A stretch of 64,000 nucleotides of DNA from the IMG/VR virus record IMGVR_UViG_3300010412_000002, positions 32,001 through 96,000 of that record. One strand, written 5' to 3'. The first letter of the stretch is position 1. Each line of letters starts with the position of its first letter. Shown piece by piece: positions 1-6,978 of the stretch. Under the pieces are notes generated by a model, which did no database searches, was not told the DNA's origin, and saw nothing but the letters and a program-made list of their open reading frames with translations. This DNA comes from a virus. A program made the position numbers and the translations under genes.

Positions 1-168
1 ATACATGTAAAATTACCCAGAGGACCCCTTTAATGGCCTCATTGCGGTGATGCAGGAATGTGAATTCCATTTTTGTTTCTTTTTTCTGGATGAAAGAATT
101 AGAGAGCACTAGGGGGCTCCGGGGAGGATCACCCCCTAGCAGACTCTCCAGAATTGGTTCTTGCCCTG

Positions 169-369
169 TTAGAAAGGTCCTCCTGAGGCTCTTCTGCGCA
201 TTGCTTTTTTCTTCGCAGGTTTCTTCAGGAATTTCTTCTTAACGTAGCAGCCCCAAAGGAAGCTATAACCAACTTCAGATGCGGAAACACCCTTACGGGC
301 AGCAAACCGTTCGATTTTGGCTAAAACAACCTCTTCGGCTGTTTGGGTGCGGGATGTGTGCTTTGCCAT
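169..369 (-). CDS. Small basic hypothetical protein (66 aa)
   Basis: ATG start in the leftward gene run; Lys/Arg-rich C-terminus KKKFLKKPAKKKAMRRR. Confidence 0.7.
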   Translation of the reverse strand: MAKHTSRTQTAEEVVLAKIERFAARKGVSASEVGYSFLWGCYVKKKFLKKPAKKKAMRRRASGGPF

Positions 370-374
370 GAATT

Positions 375-593
375 TTAGTGATTTAGATTTGGTTGATACA
401 TAGTTTTTTCAGGGTGGTTAGCCCGAAATGCATCAATCTTCTCCTTATTCATATTCTCCTCTTCCCACCGTATCTGGCTATAGTGTTGGTACATGCGTTG
501 TTGCATGTCAACTGTTTTAACTGGATACATTGGGTAGCTAGGCTTACCACAACTCGCTACAAGAACCACGACTAAAATTATCAAGGTTCTCAT
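375..593 (-). CDS. Putative small lipoprotein
   Basis: Start moved to ATG 593; MRTLIILVVVLVAS-CGK is a hydrophobic signal with a lipobox-like VASC. Confidence 0.7.
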   Translation of the reverse strand: MRTLIILVVVLVASCGKPSYPMYPVKTVDMQQRMYQHYSQIRWEEENMNKEKIDAFRANHPEKTMYQPNLNH

Positions 594-706
594 AAAAATG
601 GGTTTAAAACACGCCGTCCGTCGCTGGCGGAACAAACATTCCTCAATCTCATCATCATGAAAATTGGGACGACTGTAATGTAGCTTTTATGGACGGCGCA
701 AACTTT

Positions 707-991
707 TTAATACGGTTCTGCAAGTATTTTCATTATCAGTACAAATAACACAATCATCTGTACCAATAAAGCCGCAATAGTTGCATATGCGGCGTCAGTA
801 ACTTTTCTCTTGCTCTTATATGAGCTTATTACCATTGTGTAAACGCTGGTTCCGAAGGTTAACCCTGAACTCACCATTAATACGACTGGAATGTCAAGAG
901 ACATATACAACCATATTAACGGTGAGATTAGAGCACCTATGCCTGAAACTAGAAAAATAGTTCCATAGGCCAGTCTGGTAAGCGAGTTCAT
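707..991 (-). CDS. Membrane protein (3 predicted TM helices)
   Basis: ATGA overlap with upstream stop; three hydrophobic segments. Confidence 0.75.
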   Translation of the reverse strand: MNSLTRLAYGTIFLVSGIGALISPLIWLYMSLDIPVVLMVSSGLTFGTSVYTMVISSYKSKRKVTDAAYATIAALLVQMIVLFVLIMKILAEPY

Positions 992-1353
992 TTTACCTGT
1001 TGCCGGACCACTGCTGCGATGGCAGATTGGTATGCCTTTTCCTTGTGCTTTTTCAGCCATTCAAAGGCTGAATTGATCCGGCCGATTTCTCCGTGCAAGG
1101 CGTTCAAGCGGGCCTGTTGGCTCGGGATACGGTCTTTTACCGGAATTGCCCGAAGAAAATTTTTCTTTTCGACGTGGTTGGCCAGGATGGCATGTTGGGT
1201 CTCAACATAGGCGTGGATTTCCTCAGTAGACATATCCGCGAAAATGTACTTCCAGCGGTTTTTTACTCGGGTTCTGCGAGTGATTCCGCGGTCATGAACA
1301 ATAATCGTTCCTTTTCCCTGAGAAGGGGCGATAGACATCGGTCGACGCGTCAT
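988..1353 (-). CDS. Hypothetical basic protein
   Basis: ATG at 1353 (MTRRPMS); its stop is coupled to the next gene by ATGA. Confidence 0.7.
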   Translation of the reverse strand: MTRRPMSIAPSQGKGTIIVHDRGITRRTRVKNRWKYIFADMSTEEIHAYVETQHAILANHVEKKNFLRAIPVKDRIPSQQARLNALHGEIGRINSAFEWLKKHKEKAYQSAIAAVVRQQVK

Positions 1354-1440
1354 GGTTATGATGATTTGATGAATAATCAAAAGGGTGGGAGCCCCGGTTT
1401 CCCTGAGGGAGGAGCGTGGTGCTCTAGGGCTCCCAAATGG

Positions 1441-2025
1441 TCACTGTATTTGCTTCTTTAGAGTGATTGCTGCAGTGGTGTCTACAGGTTCGAAGAGATT
1501 TACTCTCCAACCTCTGTCTGGGCACTGCTTTCCGGTACAGCCCTCATGAAATATGAGATCTGGTTCTGGGAGCAGTTTGTCCAGAGCCCATAACAACGCA
1601 TCTAATGATGCAATTGTCTGTGCTCGGTAGTCTTCGCTACAACTATCACGAATTTCACAGAGTTCTATCCCTACCCCATCCTTGTTGCAATCTTTCCCAG
1701 CATGCCAGGTGATTGCACTTATTGGATAGTGCTGATAGATGGTATCCCCACAAATTGTGAAGTGCCATGACACCTCACGTTTTGTAGTATCCATATAGAT
1801 TCTGTGAAACTCGGCGCCAGCGTACCAATTGTAGTTCTTTGTGCTATGAAGAACCACGTTGGTTTTCTGGCTACCTCCTGAAGTTCGTTCTGATGGCCCT
1901 GGCACATACTTATACACAATTTGTGGTTGTGTATCAATAACAGGGTAATTATATATAACTGTGTCTCGACGCAGAAATGCGACAACACAGCCCATCACGA
2001 ATAGGTAAGCGAATAACCATTTCAT
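1441..2025 (-). CDS. N-acetylmuramoyl-L-alanine amidase (Amidase_2-like) with N-terminal signal/TM
   Basis: Motifs VVLHST, VSWHF, TWHAG, VGIELCE, IFHE...GKQCP (Zn ligands H/H/C); N-terminus MKWLFAYLFVMGCVVAFL; start set at ATG 2025 because upstream codons lie in the tRNA. Confidence 0.8.
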   Translation of the reverse strand: MKWLFAYLFVMGCVVAFLRRDTVIYNYPVIDTQPQIVYKYVPGPSERTSGGSQKTNVVLHSTKNYNWYAGAEFHRIYMDTTKREVSWHFTICGDTIYQHYPISAITWHAGKDCNKDGVGIELCEIRDSCSEDYRAQTIASLDALLWALDKLLPEPDLIFHEGCTGKQCPDRGWRVNLFEPVDTTAAITLKKQIQ

Positions 2026-2039
2026 AAGCAATTGTTTAG

Positions 2040-2216
2040 AGATCGTGGAGGGAATCGAACCCTCGACCACGGTTTTTCACGCCGTTACTCTACCGGACCT
2101 ATGCAGTCTAAAGCACTTAATGTTAGGTAAGCGTCGCTTCCAACCTTTCATTATTAGATGCATAGTAGGAAATAAGTAATCAACTGATTTCCTTAATCAC
2201 TCTGAGCTACACGATC
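2040..2216 (-). tRNA. tRNA-Phe(GAA)-like gene with 104-nt insertion in the D-loop
   Basis: Acceptor GATCGTG/CACGATC; TAGCTCAG...TCCGGTAGAGT D arm; anticodon arm ACGGC-GTGAAAA-ACCGT; T arm GAGGG-TTCGATT-CCCTC; insert 2098-2201; no encoded CCA. Confidence 0.75.
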
Positions 2217-2238
2217 CTTTTCGGTAGTGTGCGTGGAA

Positions 2239-2556
2239 TCAACATCGTTCATGGTATTGTTCATATTTACCTTGACAGGTAAACACGGTTACTGGTCTGA
2301 AAGTGTAGATTACTTCCCACCAAACCAGATTTTTGATCCTTCGGAAGTTTTCCGATACCTCTACACATTCGCACATTGCGTCAAATCTGTCTGTTTCATC
2401 AACTTCAGGATTTGCAGTGTGTGAGATTCGGATTTGGTCTCCCTGTTCATAGATATTCTTGATATCTTTGAGGGTTTCACCCTCAATTTTATCTATGAAC
2501 ATAATCATTTCCATGTTCGTATGTTCCACGTGGATAAAAGCTGCGAACTTTACCAT
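2239..2556 (-). CDS. Hypothetical protein
   Basis: ATG-started ORF that fits the leftward gene tiling. Confidence 0.7.
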   Translation of the reverse strand: MVKFAAFIHVEHTNMEMIMFIDKIEGETLKDIKNIYEQGDQIRISHTANPEVDETDRFDAMCECVEVSENFRRIKNLVWWEVIYTFRPVTVFTCQGKYEQYHERC

Positions 2557-2672
2557 ATGTGTATGAATTAGTTGTGTGGGAAGGGGGCTCGGCTGCTACC
2601 ATGTCTAGCTGGCAACTAGACTGCATATACCCGTAGGTTTTTGCCGAGCCCAAATAGCTCTGATCTGGAAAG

Positions 2673-2930
2673 CTATATCTTCTTTGGGTTGCTTATGGCC
2701 AAGATATCTTCTGCAGGAACTGCCACTGTGTCTGATGCATATCCATCTTCTACAGCAAAGATATCGTTTTCCTCTTCATCTTCTTCTTTTGTTTCAACGC
2801 TAGGAAATACATCTACGAATCCGCAGATGATTATTTCTTCTCGAAACAATTTCTTTATTCCGTGACCAGAGTAACATATTCCATGTGTTACTCCTGCAAC
2901 TCCGTTGAATTGTACGGTGTATATATACAT
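2673..2930 (-). CDS. Hypothetical acidic protein
   Basis: ORF preceded by the shared start motif ACCAATCTCTAAGAAAATG. Confidence 0.7.
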   Translation of the reverse strand: MYIYTVQFNGVAGVTHGICYSGHGIKKLFREEIIICGFVDVFPSVETKEEDEEENDIFAVEDGYASDTVAVPAEDILAISNPKKI

Positions 2931-3003
2931 TTTCTTAGAGATTGGTTTTGATTTAATTGGGGAGACGACCTAAATCGTCCCCCCTGAGCGACATGGGATT
3001 GGT

Positions 3004-3525
3004 CTATTCCATGCCACTCTGCCCAAACACGGTGAGCTCAATGCAGTGCATGAGCATCATCCGCTCCAATTTTGCAATTCGCCCCAGACGGAAATGGCTA
3101 CGGGCGTATTTTATCGACCTGCGGTATCTTCTCACAATCCGATGATCTCCCGGGTAGTTTGCTGCCATGTACATGCCAAGCATTGAGGTTTGATATTCCT
3201 TGATGTGTGCAGTTACGTAGTTTGCGATTTGCTGTTCCCGGATCATGCCAAGTTCTTGCATCCTGTCTACCAAACGGGTAGACAAAATGAGCATTGCATC
3301 TGGGTAATAGAACAGTTCCAGGAATTTGTCGGTTGGAGCAAAAGATAGACGTCTTTCTGTTTGATAAAAGACATCCAGATTCGCGCTTTCATTAAACAAG
3401 CGCGTTTCATACGAAGACAATGCGATTATATTGGCCATTTTTAATGGAGGTTGGTGACTCGTTAAAAGAGAGGACAACATAAATGCTGCCCTCTCCGAAG
3501 GAAATTCCCAGGTTATACTGCTCAT
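3004..3525 (-). CDS. Hypothetical protein
   Basis: ATG 3525 (MSSITWEF) overlaps the upstream stop (ATGA). Confidence 0.7.
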   Translation of the reverse strand: MSSITWEFPSERAAFMLSSLLTSHQPPLKMANIIALSSYETRLFNESANLDVFYQTERRLSFAPTDKFLELFYYPDAMLILSTRLVDRMQELGMIREQQIANYVTAHIKEYQTSMLGMYMAANYPGDHRIVRRYRRSIKYARSHFRLGRIAKLERMMLMHCIELTVFGQSGME

Positions 3526-3776
3526 GATTGGGAATCTTCTTCTTGTTTTTTTGGTTCGTCCGGTTTGTATAGCATCGTATGAATTTCTCCGCCTGCGCAG
3601 CACATGACGCACCAGATGGTGATCATGAGCGCCCATAATACGGTGCTTCGTCCTACTTCATACCAGTCCCATCCTGTAAAGAGGGTGAAGGTAAGACACA
3701 CAAATATTCCAAACATAATTGGAATGGCATGGATGACAACAACAGTTGCCATAAATGCCCAAAATGAACTTTTCAT
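3522..3776 (-). CDS. Membrane protein (2 TM)
   Basis: Hydrophobic segments; shared start motif AATCAACCTCCTAAAGATATG. Confidence 0.75.
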   Translation of the reverse strand: MKSSFWAFMATVVVIHAIPIMFGIFVCLTFTLFTGWDWYEVGRSTVLWALMITIWCVMCCAGGEIHTMLYKPDEPKKQEEDSQS

Positions 3777-3804
3777 ATCTTTAGGAGGTTGATTACAAAC
3801 GAAG

Positions 3805-3962
3805 AGAGGCTTGCCTAAGGCCTCTGTTGCACCAGTTTTTTACTGTGTGCTCCTCTTACTAACATCTCAGCACCGTGTCTGCAATGGGCACACGACCCAT
3901 CTCACGGCGTTAGTAAGGACTCCGGCTAATGAAAGCCAAAGGATTAGTCAACCCCCTGTTGA
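3805..3962 (-). ncRNA. Putative structured RNA / leader of five consecutive hairpins
   Basis: TCAAC/GTTGA; GGCT/AGCC within TCC/GGA; CTTACTAAC/GTTAGTAAG enclosing CCGTG/CACGG and ATGGG/CCCAT; GCAC-CAGT/ACTG-GTGC; AGAGGC/GCCTCT. Confidence 0.5.
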
Positions 3963-3965
3963 TTC

Positions 3966-4379
3966 TTAGAATAGGTTTATGATGTCTTTTGCGCTTTCCT
4001 TTTGGAGACGATCATAAAAGTACCTAATTTGGCTCTGGATGTCTTGATCGGTAACAAGAAGCTTTAACAGGTCTTTGGGGGTGTAATACCTGTAGCTTTC
4101 TGTAAATGGCATAACATATACTGTGTATCCGTGACTATTCCACAAAGGATTAACCCGGATGGTCTTTACGCCATTACAGATGTCTGCGTAATCATTCTTG
4201 TGTAGCTGGAATGGAATGAACAACATGTTTAAGATTATGTGCATCATTCTCTCCAATTCTTCGTTGCTACGTGAGGTAAAGAATGGTTCCCCGTGCTCAT
4301 ACAATTTGACGAGCATGTCTGCGGTTAAGAGTAGATTAGTAATACTCTTTATCCTGCGCGGTATAATATATTGTCCCAT
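3966..4379 (-). CDS. Hypothetical protein
   Basis: ORF with start motif ACCAACTCCTAAACAATG. Confidence 0.75.
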   Translation of the reverse strand: MGQYIIPRRIKSITNLLLTADMLVKLYEHGEPFFTSRSNEELERMMHIILNMLFIPFQLHKNDYADICNGVKTIRVNPLWNSHGYTVYVMPFTESYRYYTPKDLLKLLVTDQDIQSQIRYFYDRLQKESAKDIINLF

Positions 4380-4464
4380 TGTTTAGGAGTTGGTTACAGA
4401 GAAGAAGGGCCTGCTTGGGTTGCCGTGTCTTTTGACTTGGAACTTACACAGGCCCTTTGGGGTG

Positions 4465-4659
4465 TTATTCTTTTATGTCTAAACTTGCGAAGAGACATAA
4501 AAGAAAGAACACGAATGATGGAATTGAAATGAGACAAAATCCCACGAGCCAGATTTTAAATGGCTCAGCATCCGGAAAGATACAGGGACCTGACATTCCA
4601 AAGAGTGTCGTTAGGATGAAGATTGCTGCGAGCACACGCAGCCAAAGTTTCCTTTTCAT
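4465..4659 (-). CDS. Small membrane protein (2 TM)
   Basis: Two hydrophobic helices; start motif ATCAACTCCCTTTAAGATATG. Confidence 0.75.
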   Translation of the reverse strand: MKRKLWLRVLAAIFILTTLFGMSGPCIFPDAEPFKIWLVGFCLISIPSFVFFLLCLFASLDIKE

Positions 4660-4742
4660 ATCTTAAAGGGAGTTGATGACAAAGGGTAAGAGAGCAACAC
4701 CTAATTAATCTCACGAAAAATAGAGTGCGCTCTCTTGTTCTC

Positions 4743-5135
4743 TTACTTGTTTTGCATCTTTTCTTGCAGCTTTTGGGCTGCAGATGCAATAAACTTTTCA
4801 CGAGCAGTTGTGCTTGTACAGATCGCAAGTAGAGCGTATTTCAGCTCACATTTACTGCAATCATCACCTGGTTCTGCGACAAGTATAAATCCGTTTTTAT
4901 CTTTTAGGCTGAAGTGCTTATATGCACTGCCTGTGTGGATTACTACGGATTCAATTGTGTGTAATTCCATGAACTCTTTCCATACTTTGGAGAGTTCATG
5001 CCAGAGATTGTCATACTGCAATGCAGGCATGTTAATCTCAGTTAGGACTATGGCGAGAGCATGTGCTCTCCTTAAGAGCGCGTCCACATCTCTACTAGCC
5101 ATTTCCTTGAAAGTGTCGGACCAATCAAATGTCAT
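4743..5135 (-). CDS. Hypothetical protein
   Basis: Start motif AATCAATCCCCTTAAGATATG. Confidence 0.75.
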   Translation of the reverse strand: MTFDWSDTFKEMASRDVDALLRRAHALAIVLTEINMPALQYDNLWHELSKVWKEFMELHTIESVVIHTGSAYKHFSLKDKNGFILVAEPGDDCSKCELKYALLAICTSTTAREKFIASAAQKLQEKMQNK

Positions 5136-5161
5136 ATCTTAAGGGGATTGATTACTTGGAC

Positions 5162-5213
5162 CAGCCTTTAACAACGTTATAACATAAACTCTAAGCAGCC
5201 TTTAACAGCGTTA
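5162..5213. repeat. Tandem 18-bp direct repeat CAGCCTTTAACA(A/G)CGTTA
   Basis: Copies at 5162-5179 and 5196-5213, 17/18 identical. Confidence 0.85.
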
Positions 5214-5261
5214 GCTGTTTTTAAAAGAGAATGAGGAGAGCCGGAGCCCTCCTCAAAACTC

Positions 5262-5768
5262 TTAGGCGATGACCACGTATGCAGGCATGAAAATCACCAT
5301 TTTTCCGTCGTTTCCTTCAAAATCGGAGCGAGGAACGACGACGTTGACATCTTGACCGAGTTTTCCGATGAGTGCGGGAATGTCGGCGACCGTGTCAAAA
5401 TTGCCGTTCAATTGAACGACGTTCAGGGTTAAACGTCCGTTGAGCTTGCGTCCGCTTGCCTGGTGCGTGAAGATACCAGCAGCGTAATACACTTTCTCCC
5501 CGCTATCGCGGGTGCGAACGAAAACTTTTCCGTTTGCTTTGAAGGTAACACCCGCAAGGGTATTTTCGTTTGCAACGAGGTCAGCGAAGGCACGCAACGA
5601 TGCACCAGCACCACCACGTCCAGCGAGCAAATTTGCTGCTTTATCCGCTTGCATGGCATTGATGAGATCAGCCGTTGTCCCTTTGAATTCCGTTGCACGA
5701 ATAATCGTCGCATTACCGTTATTAGCGGTTGCTGGAACGGTTGGCGGAGTTGTTTGTTGTTCAAACAT
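5262..5768 (-). CDS. Hypothetical protein, first gene of the leftward block
   Basis: Start moved to ATG 5768 (MFEQQ), preceded by ACAAAAACTCTAAGATC; followed by hairpin TGAGGAG/CTCCTCA at 5232-5255. Confidence 0.75.
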   Translation of the reverse strand: MFEQQTTPPTVPATANNGNATIIRATEFKGTTADLINAMQADKAANLLAGRGGAGASLRAFADLVANENTLAGVTFKANGKVFVRTRDSGEKVYYAAGIFTHQASGRKLNGRLTLNVVQLNGNFDTVADIPALIGKLGQDVNVVVPRSDFEGNDGKMVIFMPAYVVIA

Positions 5769-5884
5769 GATCTTAGAGTTTTTGTTAATTAACGTTAATA
5801 AACGCGACAAGAGAACACCCACCCCCGTCACCCGGGTGTGTTTGGCTCCTGCCATCGCAATAGCGGGTTAATATTGGGGGCCCT

Positions 5885-6050
5885 CACGTTATTATATACA
5901 CACACTATTTTTTTACAGAATATAATTTTTATAATGATATCTGTTTTGATATATCTTTATTTTACTAAGGATATTATATATTAAAAAAATTTTTTTGTAT
6001 ATTTAATGATACCGTGAATAACTAAGTTAAACCCCAACTTATTTGTATCT
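5885..6050. promoter_or_regulatory. Very AT-rich divergent intergenic region (strand switch)
   Basis: Long A/T tracts between the leftward and rightward gene blocks. Confidence 0.55.
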
Positions 6051-6551
6051 ATGCACCAGATGTTATACTCCGTTAAGAAGTGCGCTGATTGCGGAGACAT
6101 AAAACCTTTAAGTGAATTTCACAAAGACTCACGAAAGAAAGACGGAAGACGAAGTAAATGTAAAAATTGCCGAATACACGAAAACGCATCTCAGTATACA
6201 AGGACTACAAAGTACAACAGAACTAAAAAATATAAAAATTTTTCTGAAATTAAATATAAAGATTTAGAACTAAAGCAAAGCCACAAATGTTTAATATGCG
6301 GTAAACGGGAGGCACTAGTAATAGACCACTCACATCAACACGGAGCCGTAAGAGGGTTACTATGTAATAGGTGCAACATAGGCTTAGGTATGTTCTTAGA
6401 TAGTCCTAGAAGATTAATAAATGCGTTATACTATATTGTAGTTAAGGAAGTATGGCCACCTTTGCGCAAAAATTTACTGGTCGAGTTAAAAAAGTTTAAA
6501 AAAAGTTCTCAAAATATTTGGAATTTCGCCGAAAAAGTTGTATCTTTGTAG
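6051..6551 (+). CDS. Endonuclease VII-family (His-Me finger) endonuclease, likely free-standing homing endonuclease
   Basis: N-terminal CxxC...CxxC zinc finger; CLICG...IDHSH...VRGLLCNRCNIGLG. Confidence 0.85.
   Translation: MHQMLYSVKKCADCGDIKPLSEFHKDSRKKDGRRSKCKNCRIHENASQYTRTTKYNRTKKYKNFSEIKYKDLELKQSHKCLICGKREALVIDHSHQHGAVRGLLCNRCNIGLGMFLDSPRRLINALYYIVVKEVWPPLRKNLLVELKKFKKSSQNIWNFAEKVVSL
6517..6548 (+). promoter_or_regulatory. Bacteroidota primary-sigma promoter (-33 TTTG / -7 TAnnTTTG)
   Basis: TTTG 6517-6520, 20-nt spacer, TATCTTTG 6541-6548, then ATG at 6566. Confidence 0.75.
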
Positions 6552-6565
6552 TACATTTTGAGAAT

Positions 6566-6829
6566 ATGATGACAATCATTACAAGAAACATAGAAGGATT
6601 GGAACTCAGCTGGGTATATCATCCAGCTTTTGATGGACCAATAACTTTGTATAAAAGAAACCCGAACTATACAGTTCGGGAAGTCACCGAGATCCCCCAC
6701 GAGGGCCAAGAGGTAGTTAGTGGGAAAGACATCGGGTTAGTAGAAACACCAAACATTTTATGTTTGGAACATAGTTTCGAGGTTGTCCCCGGTAGTGACG
6801 AAACTGATCCCAATATAAAGCTAGATTGA
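6566..6829 (+). CDS. Hypothetical protein
   Basis: ATG just downstream of the host-type promoter. Confidence 0.65.
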   Translation: MMTIITRNIEGLELSWVYHPAFDGPITLYKRNPNYTVREVTEIPHEGQEVVSGKDIGLVETPNILCLEHSFEVVPGSDETDPNIKLD

Positions 6830-6978
6830 AATCTATAAAACTATTCGGTATCCAATTGTGGAACGGTAAAAGGGCGAATAGATGATTTCTGGGTCTCTAC
6901 GGAAGCACTGTCTAGACGAAATTTGGAGATTAAATTTTAAAATAGACCCTTGTCTAAAGGGGGAAAGTATATCTAGTT

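Noticed and set aside
2026-2070. N-terminal extension of the amidase ORF given in the track
   Set aside because: It overlaps the tRNA T arm and acceptor stem; ATG 2025 gives a clean signal-type N-terminus
2098-2201. Group I/II intron or hammerhead/HDV ribozyme identity for the tRNA insert
   Set aside because: Too short for group I/II, and no CUGAnGA/GAAA or nested-pseudoknot core recognised by eye; left unclassified
3783-3788. AGGAGG Shine-Dalgarno on the + strand
   Set aside because: No credible + strand gene follows; it is the complement of the minus-strand start motif
5769-5855. N-terminal extension of the 5262..5855 ORF
   Set aside because: It runs through the structured leader; the shared start motif precedes ATG 5768
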